From positions 15,477 through 79,476 of the forward strand of contig CAVQUD010000009.1 in NCBI GenBank assembly GCA_963716755.1: a stretch of DNA of 64,000 bases. Reading direction: 5' to 3'. Of this stretch, positions 19,704 through 28,554 are shown one piece after another. A program made the position numbers and the translations under genes. This stretch comes from Blastocatellia bacterium. GTDB taxonomy: Bacteria; Acidobacteriota; Blastocatellia; Pyrinomonadales; Pyrinomonadaceae. Under the pieces are notes generated by a model. It was not told where the DNA came from. It ran no database searches and was given only the letters and a program-made list of their open reading frames with translations. Position 1 is the stretch's first letter, and each line of letters starts with the position of its first letter.

Positions 19704-20534
19704 ATGACAGAAGGCAACATTGAAGCACCGACAGTAAAAGAGGTCGCACCAAAAGGGCCGCCAAAATCGACGATCCGCGAATATTTCGAATCGTTTGTGA
19801 TCACGCTGATCATGGCGATCTTTGGGATGACCTTTATCCTGCAAGCCGTGACGGTGCCGACCGGATCGATGCAGAATACGATCCTCGTCGGCGATTATCT
19901 GTTGGTGAATAAGTTCATCTTTACGCCGGGCGGCTATGAGTTGCCGTTCCTGCCGCAGCGTGAGATCCAGCGGGGCGACATCATTGTTTTTAAGTATCCG
20001 GGCAACAATGTCCACCCGGAAAATGACCGTTCGCGAAATCTGGTGCCGTATCAGATCAATTACGTAAAACGCGTGATCGGTCTGCCGGGCGAGACGGTCG
20101 AGTTTCGCGACAATCAGGTTTTTATCAACGGCGAACTGCTGCCTGAACAACGGTTGATAGGCGATGCTGACGACAATCTGTCGGCACTCGAGACGTCGGA
20201 GTTTGAGCCGGCTCGTGCCGACGCAAAGTACTCGGTTTACTATTCAAAAATGACGATGGATGCGATCAAATCGGGCCAGAGTCTCTCGCGGCGCGGTTAT
20301 GAATTCGGCGTTGCCGGCAAGACGATGCAGGTGCCGCCCAACAGCTTCTTTGTGATGGGCGACAGCCGTGACAACAGCGAGGACAGCCGTTATTGGGGCT
20401 TTGTGCCTCGCGAGCTGATCATCGGCCGGGCAATGTTCGTCTATTGGTCATGCGACCGCGGTGCGTCGAACGGCGATTTCTTCGGCTGTGTCACGCATCC
20501 GCGGATCAACCGCATCGGAAAACTCGTTAAGTAG
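19704..20534 (+). CDS. lepB: signal peptidase I
   Basis: PTGSMQNTILVGDYLLVNKF (catalytic Ser box), YVKRVIGLPGE (Lys box), GDSRDNSEDSRYWGFVP. Confidence 0.9.
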   Translation: MTEGNIEAPTVKEVAPKGPPKSTIREYFESFVITLIMAIFGMTFILQAVTVPTGSMQNTILVGDYLLVNKFIFTPGGYELPFLPQREIQRGDIIVFKYPGNNVHPENDRSRNLVPYQINYVKRVIGLPGETVEFRDNQVFINGELLPEQRLIGDADDNLSALETSEFEPARADAKYSVYYSKMTMDAIKSGQSLSRRGYEFGVAGKTMQVPPNSFFVMGDSRDNSEDSRYWGFVPRELIIGRAMFVYWSCDRGASNGDFFGCVTHPRINRIGKLVK

Positions 20535-20549
20535 CCGGTTGATGAATTG

Positions 20550-20659
20550 CCTCCACCTTCAGGTGGAGGTTGGCCAGCCTAAGAAACCCGGGCTTTAGCC
20601 CAATTTTTGGCTAAAGCCGGGACTGTTGAGTGGTCTGAACCCCCGGCTGAAGCCGGGGG
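20550..20659 (+). repeat. cluster of three GC-rich hairpins containing three copies of a GGCTRAAGCCGGG motif; the last is followed by a T-rich run
   Basis: Hairpin 1: CCTCCACC-TTCA-GGTGGAGG (20550-20569). Hairpin 2: CCCGGGCTTTAGCC-N8-GGCTAAAGCCGGG (20587-20621). Hairpin 3: CCCCCGGC-TGAA-GCCGGGGG (20640-20659), then CAATTTATTTTT. Confidence 0.7.
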
Positions 20660-20680
20660 CAATTTATTTTTGCGATCCAA

Positions 20681-21571
20681 ATGAAGCTCACTTTCAACGA
20701 CGAAGTGAATAACGCTCTGCGAGATAACAAGCCACTCGTCGCGCTCGAATCGACCGTCATCTCCCACGGCCTGCCATTCCCCAAAAATATCGAGACAGCT
20801 ATGGCGTGCGAGGCTGCGGTTCGCGCGGGCGGTGCCATTCCGGCGACGATCGCGGTGTTTGATGGCGATTTTCATGTCGGGTTGTCGTCCGATCAGATCG
20901 AGCGTCTGGCAAACGACAAAGACGTTAGAAAGATATCCCGCCGTGACCTGGCGATCGCAGTGGCGGGGAAACTGACGTGTGCAACGACGGTCGCTACGAC
21001 CGCGTTTATTGCTCATCGAGCGGGCATTCGCGTTTTTACGACCGGCGGCATTGGCGGAGTGCATCGGGGTTTTTCGGCGGACGTGTCAGCCGACCTGCCC
21101 GAACTTGCGCAGACGCCGATAACGGTCGTGTGCTCGGGTGCGAAGGCGATCCTCGATCTGCCCGCGACGCGCGAATGGCTTGAGACGCATGGCGTGACGG
21201 TGCTCGGGTGGCAATGCGACAGTATGCCAGCGTTCTATAGCCGCGAGAGCGGGCTCGAGATCGACCAGCGGGTCGATTTAGCCGAACAGGCGGCGGCGGT
21301 GGTACAGGCTCGGGATGAGCTTGGGCTCGATCAAGCGGTGCTGGTGACCGTGCCGGTGCCGAGCGATGTCGAGATTCCCTGGGCCGAGGTCGAGTCAATG
21401 CTCGCCGCGGTTCTCGAACGGGCTCGCGTCGAACAAATTAGCGGCAAGGCGATCACGCCCTTTCTTCTCTCAAAAATGTCCGAAATGAGCGGCGGACGCA
21501 CGTTGGCGGCAAATATCGCTTTGCTTGAAAACAACGCCAACGTTGCGGCCTCGATCGCGGCCGCGCTCTGA
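20681..21571 (+). CDS. psuG: pseudouridine-5'-phosphate glycosidase
   Basis: 296 aa. VALESTVISHGLPFPKNIETA, TTGGIGGVHRG, VVCSGAKAILDLPATREWLET. Confidence 0.9.
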   Translation: MKLTFNDEVNNALRDNKPLVALESTVISHGLPFPKNIETAMACEAAVRAGGAIPATIAVFDGDFHVGLSSDQIERLANDKDVRKISRRDLAIAVAGKLTCATTVATTAFIAHRAGIRVFTTGGIGGVHRGFSADVSADLPELAQTPITVVCSGAKAILDLPATREWLETHGVTVLGWQCDSMPAFYSRESGLEIDQRVDLAEQAAAVVQARDELGLDQAVLVTVPVPSDVEIPWAEVESMLAAVLERARVEQISGKAITPFLLSKMSEMSGGRTLAANIALLENNANVAASIAAAL

Positions 21572-21575
21572 AAAA

Positions 21576-22037
21576 ATGGAGATCCGGCTCGACGACATTA
21601 CCGATCCGCAGGTGCTGCGGTTGCTCAATGAGCACCGCGAAAGCATGTTCGATCATTCCCCGCCCGAGAGCGTGCATGCTCTTGATATTGAAGGACTTAG
21701 ACAGTCCGACGTGACGTTCTGGACGGCGTGGGAAGGCGAAGATCTGCTCGGCTGCGGTGCATTGAAAGAGATCGACACGCGGCACGGTGAGGTCAAATCA
21801 ATGCGGACCGCGACCGCGCATCTGCGAAAGGGCGTTGCGCTCTGCATTTTAGAACGCATCACGGACGAGGCTCGGGCGCGAGGTTACGAGCGGTTGAGCC
21901 TTGAGACAGGTTCGGCCGACGCGTTTGAAGCGGCGAGGCGTTTGTATGCGGCGGCGGGATTCAAGGATTGCGGGCCTTTTGAGGGCTATGTTGAGGACCC
22001 GTATAGCGTTTTCATGACAAAAAGGCTGGTGCAGTAA
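21576..22037 (+). CDS. GNAT family N-acetyltransferase
   Basis: MEIRLDDITDPQVLRLLNEH...LLGCGALKEIDTRHGEVKSMRT..LRKGVALCILERI..LETGS..FEAARRLYAAAGF. Start chosen at ATG 21576. Confidence 0.8.
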   Translation: MEIRLDDITDPQVLRLLNEHRESMFDHSPPESVHALDIEGLRQSDVTFWTAWEGEDLLGCGALKEIDTRHGEVKSMRTATAHLRKGVALCILERITDEARARGYERLSLETGSADAFEAARRLYAAAGFKDCGPFEGYVEDPYSVFMTKRLVQ

Positions 22038-22041
22038 CTTT

Positions 22042-22806
22042 CTACTTCGTAGCCGTCTTTTCCATCCTGACCTTCAGACTTTCAAGCCGCTTTTTCGCTT
22101 CCTGAGCCTCGGGCGAGGCGGCAAACCTCGATTCGATCTCTTTCCACGCGGCTCCGTCGTAGTGAAACTGGCGCGTTGACGGATTGAACAGAAAAACGAT
22201 CCCAAGTTTTCGATATCGGTCGAGGTAGCTGAAATTCAGGTAATAGCTGTGCATCGGCGCGGCGGAGGCGGCCATTTCGCGTCGGCTGAGGCGGCTTGCG
22301 GCGTCTTTTGAGAGCCTTGCGGCTATTTCCTCAAGCAGGTCGCCGTAGAGCAGCAGCAATGCCGGCCGCAGTTTAGAGTCTGGATAGAGAGCAAAGAATT
22401 GCTGGGCGATCTCGATCTGGTCAAAGCTGTCGGTGGCCTGAACGAGCTTTGAGAGCCGCTCCTGGTCCCCGACGCGAAACCGGCCAAAAACGGCATCGGC
22501 CTGCACCCAGCCAAAGTTCTTTGGCGGCACCGTTACCTTGTAAAACTTTACTCCGTCGGCCTCGGTGACGCCGAGGATCTGCACCTTTCGGCCGCGGCTC
22601 ATGCGGTGGACGGACTCGGAAAAGAGGCTGGGATTCTTCCGCAGCACCGAGAGCGTTTCGTCGATCACGACGGCGGTTTGGCCGATCTCGGGCGCTCTCG
22701 TGGACGCTGTCGGGCGCGTTTTCGCACCGGCCGGCGGCCGCCTTTGTGCGACTGCCGCCACGCTAAGTGCTGCTATCAGAATAAATACGAGTCCCAGCTT
22801 TCTCAT
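22042..22806 (-). CDS. secreted hypothetical protein
   Basis: Intact 254-aa ORF with signal peptide MRKLGLVFILIAALSVAAVAQ. Abuts the ruvC stop with no spacer. Confidence 0.6.
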   Translation of the reverse strand: MRKLGLVFILIAALSVAAVAQRRPPAGAKTRPTASTRAPEIGQTAVVIDETLSVLRKNPSLFSESVHRMSRGRKVQILGVTEADGVKFYKVTVPPKNFGWVQADAVFGRFRVGDQERLSKLVQATDSFDQIEIAQQFFALYPDSKLRPALLLLYGDLLEEIAARLSKDAASRLSRREMAASAAPMHSYYLNFSYLDRYRKLGIVFLFNPSTRQFHYDGAAWKEIESRFAASPEAQEAKKRLESLKVRMEKTATK

Positions 22807-23304
22807 TTATCTTGATGCTGTTAGGCGGCCTATCGGGCCGCAGTGGTGAAAATGACAGATCGCTATCGCCAACGCGTCGGCCGCATCGTGCGGCTTTGGC
22901 ACCTCTTTCATGGCTAGCAGAGCCTTGACCATCTGCTGGACCTGAACCTTTTCGGCGTTGCCATAGCCGACGACCGTTTGTTTTACGAGCCGCGGGGCGT
23001 ACTCGGCGATCTCAATGCCCCACTGCTCGGCGAGCAGCAGCATCGTGCCACGGACCTGGCCGAGTTTTAGCGCAACGCCGACGTTTACTGCATAAAATGT
23101 GTCCTCGACCGACAGCACATCGGGCGAATGGCGTTCGATGACGTCGGCCACGCCGTTGTAAATATTCAACAGGCGTTTTGAGAATGCGTGCTTCGGGTTC
23201 GACTTTACGGTGCCAAAATCGACGAGCGCATACTTCGTGCCGCTGCCGTCAACGACGCCCCAGCCGAGCGTTTCGCTGCCCGGATCGATACCTAAAACGC
23301 GCAT
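22807..23304 (-). CDS. ruvC: crossover junction endodeoxyribonuclease RuvC
   Basis: MRVLGIDPGSETLGWGVV, ..VEDTFYAVNV.., GYGNAEKVQVQQMV, HDAADALAIAICH. Confidence 0.9.
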   Translation of the reverse strand: MRVLGIDPGSETLGWGVVDGSGTKYALVDFGTVKSNPKHAFSKRLLNIYNGVADVIERHSPDVLSVEDTFYAVNVGVALKLGQVRGTMLLLAEQWGIEIAEYAPRLVKQTVVGYGNAEKVQVQQMVKALLAMKEVPKPHDAADALAIAICHFHHCGPIGRLTASR

Positions 23305-23465
23305 TCTCTCTTAAAATACTGCCCGAGATTTTATCCAAGATACTCCACAGTCGCGTTTTAAGGCAAACCCGCGATCGGGTGTGCCCTGTCGACCTTTGGC
23401 TTTGTCGGGCGAGGTTACCCCGTTTGGTAGAGGTAAACCGGCGATTGGTAAGGTCCTGAGCGGAA

Positions 23466-23482
23466 TCAAACGAATCGTTTGA
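23466..23482. promoter_or_regulatory. 17-bp perfect palindrome (8+1+8), candidate operator in a divergent promoter region
   Basis: TCAAACGA-A-TCGTTTGA. A 1-nt centre rules out an RNA hairpin. Lies between ruvC (start 23304, minus) and the 23572 gene (plus). Confidence 0.4.
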
Positions 23483-23571
23483 ATCTCACCGGCAATACTC
23501 TTATCATCGATGCGTATTGCCGCGTTGATGGACATATCCCAACCAGATGTCCTTACCTCGGTAGCGCGTTG

Positions 23572-24438
23572 ATGGCGGCGTCGATCGACTATGCTGGCCT
23601 GTTTCCACCGTCGTCTGTATCGATGCCTGAGGCGGTCATCAATTACGCGACCTATCGCAACAGTAATTACGCGTGGATGCTCGGGCGGTTTGTCGTGACG
23701 GCGGCGAGGCTGGATGAGTTTTACGAGAGCGCGAGGGATTTTATCTCGCGGGACGGCGGCAATGCGTGGCGAGTAGCGGTCGTTGTCGGCGACGACGTGA
23801 CGAAGACGATCGATCAGGTGAAGAATTTTAATGCGGCCAATGGTCCGGGCATCGTTTGCGACGTGCTTGAGATCAGGGCCGACTCGGCGGGGGCGATCGA
23901 GAATGCAGCTGCTTCAGTTCCGGACGATGTGACGGCGTATTTTGAATTGCCGCTCGATCAGACGCTGCCTGATCTGGTCTCAACGCTCGCCATCCGCGGC
24001 CAGCGTGCCAAGATACGCACCGGCGGCGTGACGCCTGAGGCGTTCCCCTCGACGCAGGCGATCATTCGGTTTGTAAAGACGTGCCTCGCGGCGAATGTGC
24101 CGTTCAAGGCCACCGCCGGGCTGCATCATCCGATACGGTGCTTTCGGCCGCTGACATACGAGGCCGACAGTGTAAAAGGCACTATGCACGGGTTTCTCAA
24201 CCTGTTCCTGATGACCGGCTTCGCCCGCGAAGGCTTTAGAGCGTCGCTGCTCGAGGACTTGATGGAAGAGGAATTTGACGAGGTCTTCGCATTCGAAGAC
24301 CAAGCCGCCGTCTGGCGTGACGAATACATCCTGAGCACCTGGCAGATCGAGAACTTGCGAAAGTTCGGCATACAGTCCTTCGGGTCATGCTCGTTCGACG
24401 AGCCGGTGGCGGATCTGCAAAAACTCGGAATCTTATAA
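23572..24438 (+). CDS. conserved-looking hypothetical protein upstream of fumarylacetoacetase
   Basis: Intact ORF, start taken at MAASIDYAGLFPP. Motifs RAKIRTGGVTPEAFP and FKATAGLHHPIR suggest an enzyme, but I recognise no family. Confidence 0.55.
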   Translation: MAASIDYAGLFPPSSVSMPEAVINYATYRNSNYAWMLGRFVVTAARLDEFYESARDFISRDGGNAWRVAVVVGDDVTKTIDQVKNFNAANGPGIVCDVLEIRADSAGAIENAAASVPDDVTAYFELPLDQTLPDLVSTLAIRGQRAKIRTGGVTPEAFPSTQAIIRFVKTCLAANVPFKATAGLHHPIRCFRPLTYEADSVKGTMHGFLNLFLMTGFAREGFRASLLEDLMEEEFDEVFAFEDQAAVWRDEYILSTWQIENLRKFGIQSFGSCSFDEPVADLQKLGIL

Positions 24439-24509
24439 CCGCGAAATACGCGAAAGATGCGAAAGAATCAAGATCCTTCTGTTTAGTCATTTTCGCCTTT
24501 TTCGCGGTT
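24437..24509. repeat. intercistronic palindrome with 9-nt periodic arm (CGCGAAATA CGCGAAAGA TGCGAAAGA)
   Basis: AACCGCGAAATACGCGAAAG (24437-24456) pairs with TTTTCGCCTTTTTCGCGGTT (24490-24509) with a few mismatches. The upstream stop is at 24436-24438. The fahA ATG lies 9 nt after the 3' arm. Confidence 0.75.
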
Positions 24510-24518
24510 AATTCTCTT

Positions 24519-25834
24519 ATGTACGAGATAAACGAAACACACGACCCGAACCTGAAAAGCTGGGTCGAGAGCGCCAACGATCCGGGGACGGATTTTCCGA
24601 TACAGAATTTGCCGTTTTGCGAGTTTGAAATCCTCGACAGGGAATTCCGAGCCATTGAAGGCGGCGTCGTCATCGGGAACAAGGTAATCGTCCTTGATAG
24701 GGCTAATGCGTCAGGAGTTTTTCCGCATGATCCCTGGGTCGTGGATCGCGTACGATATCAAGCTGACCTTACCCTGGAGTCTAGAACGAAGATCAGACGC
24801 TGGTTGGTCGAAGCGTTAAGGGAAGACGCCACAAGCGAACTAAAAGAAGTTGTCGAGCAAAGCTGGGTTGACATATCGAAGTGTCAATTCTATGTCCCCT
24901 TAGTCATCGGCGACTACACCGATTTCTACTGCTCGATCTATCACGCTACTAATGTTGGGTCGATGTTTCGGCCGGACAATCCGTTGCTGCCGAATTATAA
25001 GTATGTGCCGATCGGGTATCACGGGCGGGCTTCGTCGATCGTGGTGTCCGGGACCGACATCAAGCGGCCGCATGGGCAGAATCGGAGCGATGCGGAGAAG
25101 CCGCCGGTGTTTATTCCGGCAAGAGTCTCGATTACGAGATGGAGCTTGGGTTTTTTGTCGGGCAGGGAAATGAGCTGGGCACGCCGATACCGATCGGCGA
25201 GGCTGAGGAGCATATCTTTGGGATGTGTCTGGTCAACGACTGGTCGGCGCGGGACATACAGGCCTGGGAATATCAGCCGCTCGGGCCGTTTTTGGCGAAG
25301 AATTTCGCGACGACGATCTCGCCGTTTGTCGTGACGATGGAGGCACTTGCACCGTTTCGGACAAAGGCGTTCGAGCGCGAGGCGGACGATCCGCAGCCGC
25401 TCGATTATCTGAGCGACGAACAGAACCAAAAATTCGGCGGGCTGGACATCAATCTTGAGGTCTATATCCAGACCGAGAAGATGCGGAACGAAAATATCGA
25501 GCCGCACCTGCTTTCGCGTTCCAACACCAAAGACCTCTACTGGACCGTCGGCCAGATGCTGACGCATCACGCGTCGAACGGCTGCAACCTGCAGACCGGC
25601 GACCTGATCGCGACGGGCACGGTCAGCGGTCCGACCAGGGAGGAACGCGGGTCGATGCTTGAGCTAAGCTGGCGCGGAACGGAGCCGATCGATCTGCCGT
25701 CGGGCGAGCAGCGACGGTTTCTCGAGGACGGCGACGAAGTGATCATGAAAGGCTTTTGCGAACGCGAGGGCTTTCGCCGCATCGGTTTTGGCGAGTGCCG
25801 CGGCCGCGTCCTGCCCGCGGATGACGGCAAATGA
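24519..25834 (+). CDS. fahA: fumarylacetoacetase, one frameshift near 25116
   Basis: [34 protein letters not shown]... in ORF 24387..25334. [11 protein letters not shown]...[27 protein letters not shown]...[11 protein letters not shown] in ORF 25139..25834. Confidence 0.85.
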
Positions 25835-26091
25835 TATAAGTTTGAATACAAACTAATGAACGCAGAGCGATTGATCGACAAGATCTATGCAGAAGGTAAA
25901 GTGACTGGTCTGAGCGGGGCGATTCACTTGAAGTGGGGGGCGCTTATGGGCTCTCGACGTTGAGTATCTGCTGCGCCCTGCAAGGCCGCGAAGGCACGCT
26001 CCATACGATCGTCGATCCCCATCAGATGACGGATTGGGACGGGGTTGCGATAACATCTCCGGGTTGGCACCATGATCGTTTTTAGGAGGTC

Positions 26092-26895
26092 GTGTCTATA
26101 GACGCCTGCGTCCCTGGGTTGGATATGCTGTCAAAAAGTTTTATCGATGCGCACGACGCGGTCTTCGTTGTCACGGCGCCGCGCTATTACCAGCGGCAGC
26201 GTAATGTCGTCGAACAGCTCGGCGAGGGCAATTTCGAATTTGTCTATGGCGTGAATAAGGACGATGTTTCACTCGAGGAGCTGATCGCATCCGGAGCTTA
26301 CGACGAGACAAGGGCGAGGGAACTGGCCAGGAGCGGCAAGCCGATGTCGCTCGGCCAAGTCTGCTGCTCAGTGGGGCACAATAGGGTATACCAGACAATG
26401 GTGGAGCGGGGCACCGCGCGGGCTCTCATTTTCGAAGACGACGTTTACATTACTATCTCGGATGACAAGGAGATATCGCTGGTGTTGGCAGATCTGCCGG
26501 ACGGAGCCGAGTACATCTATTGGGACTGGGCCGGCGACGAATATCGTCCGTGGTTTGCCGCGATCAAGGAGCGGTTGTATATCATCGAACATCGGCTCGG
26601 CGTTTTAAACTGGAATCCGACTATGGTGGGCAACATGTATCCGCGTGACGTTAACAGGTCGTTCATGCTTGCCGGACGACATCACTACGCGAATGCGTAT
26701 TCCCTTACCCTGAGCGGCGCCCGCAAACTGTTGGAGTTTAATACGCCGATCGCATTGGTCGCCGATGATGCTGTCAGATACCTGAGGATGAATGGTCGGT
26801 TCAATGCCTATCTCTCGAAGACGCGGTTCTTTGGCCAGCATAGTCAAGGCGAGACCCGGGCAATGGAATCGTTGTTGTCCGATCGTGGGAATTGA
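26092..26895 (+). CDS. glycosyltransferase family 25-like protein, paralog 1 of 3
   Basis: AGGAGG at 26084-26089 followed by GTG at 26092; ATG 26125 aligns better with the paralog N-termini. LGEGNFEFVYG, MSLGQVCCSVGHNRVY, ALIFEDDV, IYWDW. Confidence 0.65.
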   Translation: MSIDACVPGLDMLSKSFIDAHDAVFVVTAPRYYQRQRNVVEQLGEGNFEFVYGVNKDDVSLEELIASGAYDETRARELARSGKPMSLGQVCCSVGHNRVYQTMVERGTARALIFEDDVYITISDDKEISLVLADLPDGAEYIYWDWAGDEYRPWFAAIKERLYIIEHRLGVLNWNPTMVGNMYPRDVNRSFMLAGRHHYANAYSLTLSGARKLLEFNTPIALVADDAVRYLRMNGRFNAYLSKTRFFGQHSQGETRAMESLLSDRGN

Positions 26896-26952
26896 AATAG
26901 AGACGATCTCGACATAAGAATCCGTCTAGCGCAAGTATTTATAGTGATCCAT

Positions 26953-27729
26953 ATGTTGTCACCTGCCTTACGTTCCTTTCACGACAAGGTCTATGTCCTC
27001 ACCACGCCCGCCGCTGCGGATCGCCATCAGAATTGCATAGACCAACTGGGTGAAGGAAACTTTGAGTTCGTCTATAGCCTCGACAAGAACACGGTAACCA
27101 TAGACGAACTGATACGCGACGGCGTTTACGATGATGAGGCGGCTATACAGGTCGACCGATGGGACCGTTCAATGACTCTCGGTCATATCTGCTGTGCGTT
27201 CGGACACAGGAAGATCTACCAGCAATTGCTCGAGTCCGGTCATGAGCGCGTCCTGGTCTTTGAAGATGACGTCGTTGATCTGGATGTTCCTGAGGACGAG
27301 ATCGCCGCGGCAATAGCAGCAGTCCCCGAAGACGGTGACATCATCTATTGGGGATGGTCACACGGCAAACTCTGGTCAGTGTTCGGCGAGCTACAGAATT
27401 GGGTGTTTCATGTGCGACGCGCTTTCGGCAGCTACAGATATACTCATCGTCAGATCAGAAACCTGTACATGCGGCCGTATAACGACCATTTTGATGTCTC
27501 CGCCGGGAATTATCTGCTACATTCCTACAGCATTACGCGTCGGGGAGCGGGCGTCTTAATAGACGCGAATACGCCGATCACGCGCGACGCCGACAACGTA
27601 CCGATATGGTCCATCCTGAACCGCGACATGAACGGCTACGTTACACGCAAGCAGTTCTTCGGGCAGCGGAGCAGGGATCCCAAGGATCCAATGGAATCAA
27701 GCACGGAGATACTAAGCTCAGCAACCTGA
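26953..27729 (+). CDS. glycosyltransferase family 25-like protein, paralog 2 of 3
   Basis: MLSPALRSFHDKVYVLTTP, LGEGNFEFVYS, MTLGHICCAFGHRKIY, VLVFEDDV, IYWGW. Confidence 0.65.
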   Translation: MLSPALRSFHDKVYVLTTPAAADRHQNCIDQLGEGNFEFVYSLDKNTVTIDELIRDGVYDDEAAIQVDRWDRSMTLGHICCAFGHRKIYQQLLESGHERVLVFEDDVVDLDVPEDEIAAAIAAVPEDGDIIYWGWSHGKLWSVFGELQNWVFHVRRAFGSYRYTHRQIRNLYMRPYNDHFDVSAGNYLLHSYSITRRGAGVLIDANTPITRDADNVPIWSILNRDMNGYVTRKQFFGQRSRDPKDPMESSTEILSSAT

Positions 27730-27765
27730 GCCGCGCCCGGCCGTTCTCCAGAATATCGATCAGTT

Positions 27766-28530
27766 ATGTTATCACCTGCATTACGCTCATTTCACGATAA
27801 GGTCTATGTTCTGACGACGCCGGACGCTGCCGAACGCCAGCGGGGTGTAGTAGAGCAGCTCGGTGAAGGCAATTTTGAGTTCGTTTACGGTCCCGACAAG
27901 AATCAGTTGAGTATCGATGAACTGATACGCTCCGGCGCGTACGATCCAGTTGAGGCTGCCGGTGTCGACCGCGTGTGGCCGGAAATGACGCTGGGACACA
28001 TATGCTGCTCGATCGGCCATAGAAATGTATATGACAGATTTCGTGAGTCCGGCGCCGAACGTGCGCTGATATTCGAGGACGATGTCGTAGCCTATGACAT
28101 TAACGAGAAGAATATTGCCGCCGCAGTACGGAGAGTTCCGTACGACGCCGAGATAATTTACTGGGGATGGTGGTTGGGCAGATTTCGCCCGTGGTCGCGT
28201 ATCGCGCAGCAGGGCATCGACGAGGTGCGCGCGTCGCTCGGGCTCTATCACCTGACCCGGCAGCAGGTACGGAGTAAATGGATGCGGAGATACAACCGGT
28301 ACTTTCACACTTCAGCATGGAATTACCTGCTGCATGCGTACACGATCACACGATCCGCCGCAGACACGATGATAGAGATGAACACTCCGATCATAATGAA
28401 CTCTGACCACGTGCCTATCAAAGCGATCGAGAGCGGACGGATACGCGGTTATGTCGCGGTCACGCAGCTCTTCTGGCAGCGCAGCCATGACACACGTGAC
28501 CCGGAAAAATCGATGACCAAGGAGGATTGA
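27766..28530 (+). CDS. glycosyltransferase family 25-like protein, paralog 3 of 3
   Basis: MLSPALRSFHDKVYVLTTP (the first 19 residues are identical to paralog 2), LGEGNFEFVYG, MTLGHICCSIGHRNVY, ALIFEDDV, IYWGW. Confidence 0.65.
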   Translation: MLSPALRSFHDKVYVLTTPDAAERQRGVVEQLGEGNFEFVYGPDKNQLSIDELIRSGAYDPVEAAGVDRVWPEMTLGHICCSIGHRNVYDRFRESGAERALIFEDDVVAYDINEKNIAAAVRRVPYDAEIIYWGWWLGRFRPWSRIAQQGIDEVRASLGLYHLTRQQVRSKWMRRYNRYFHTSAWNYLLHAYTITRSAADTMIEMNTPIIMNSDHVPIKAIESGRIRGYVAVTQLFWQRSHDTRDPEKSMTKED

Positions 28531-28554
28531 CACAGGTTTGGTAGAATCCAAGTT

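Noticed and set aside
20579-21064. 161-aa minus-strand ORF overlapping the hairpin cluster and the start of psuG
   Set aside because: It lies antisense to an intact, well-conserved psuG, and its 3' part is made of the intergenic hairpin repeats.
25856-25963. 35-aa ORF (MNAERLIDKIYAEGK...), and the opposite-strand 67-aa ORF 25853..26056, in the fahA / GT25 spacer
   Set aside because: There is no ribosome-binding site, no recognisable motif, and no way to test conservation here. It is left unannotated.
26065-26079. TGGCAC-CATGA-TCGT upstream of the first GT25-like gene, as a sigma-54 promoter
   Set aside because: The -24 block is perfect, but the -12 block is TCGT instead of TTGC, so the essential GC is lost. 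It also lies only ~13 nt before the GTG start. This is too weak to call.
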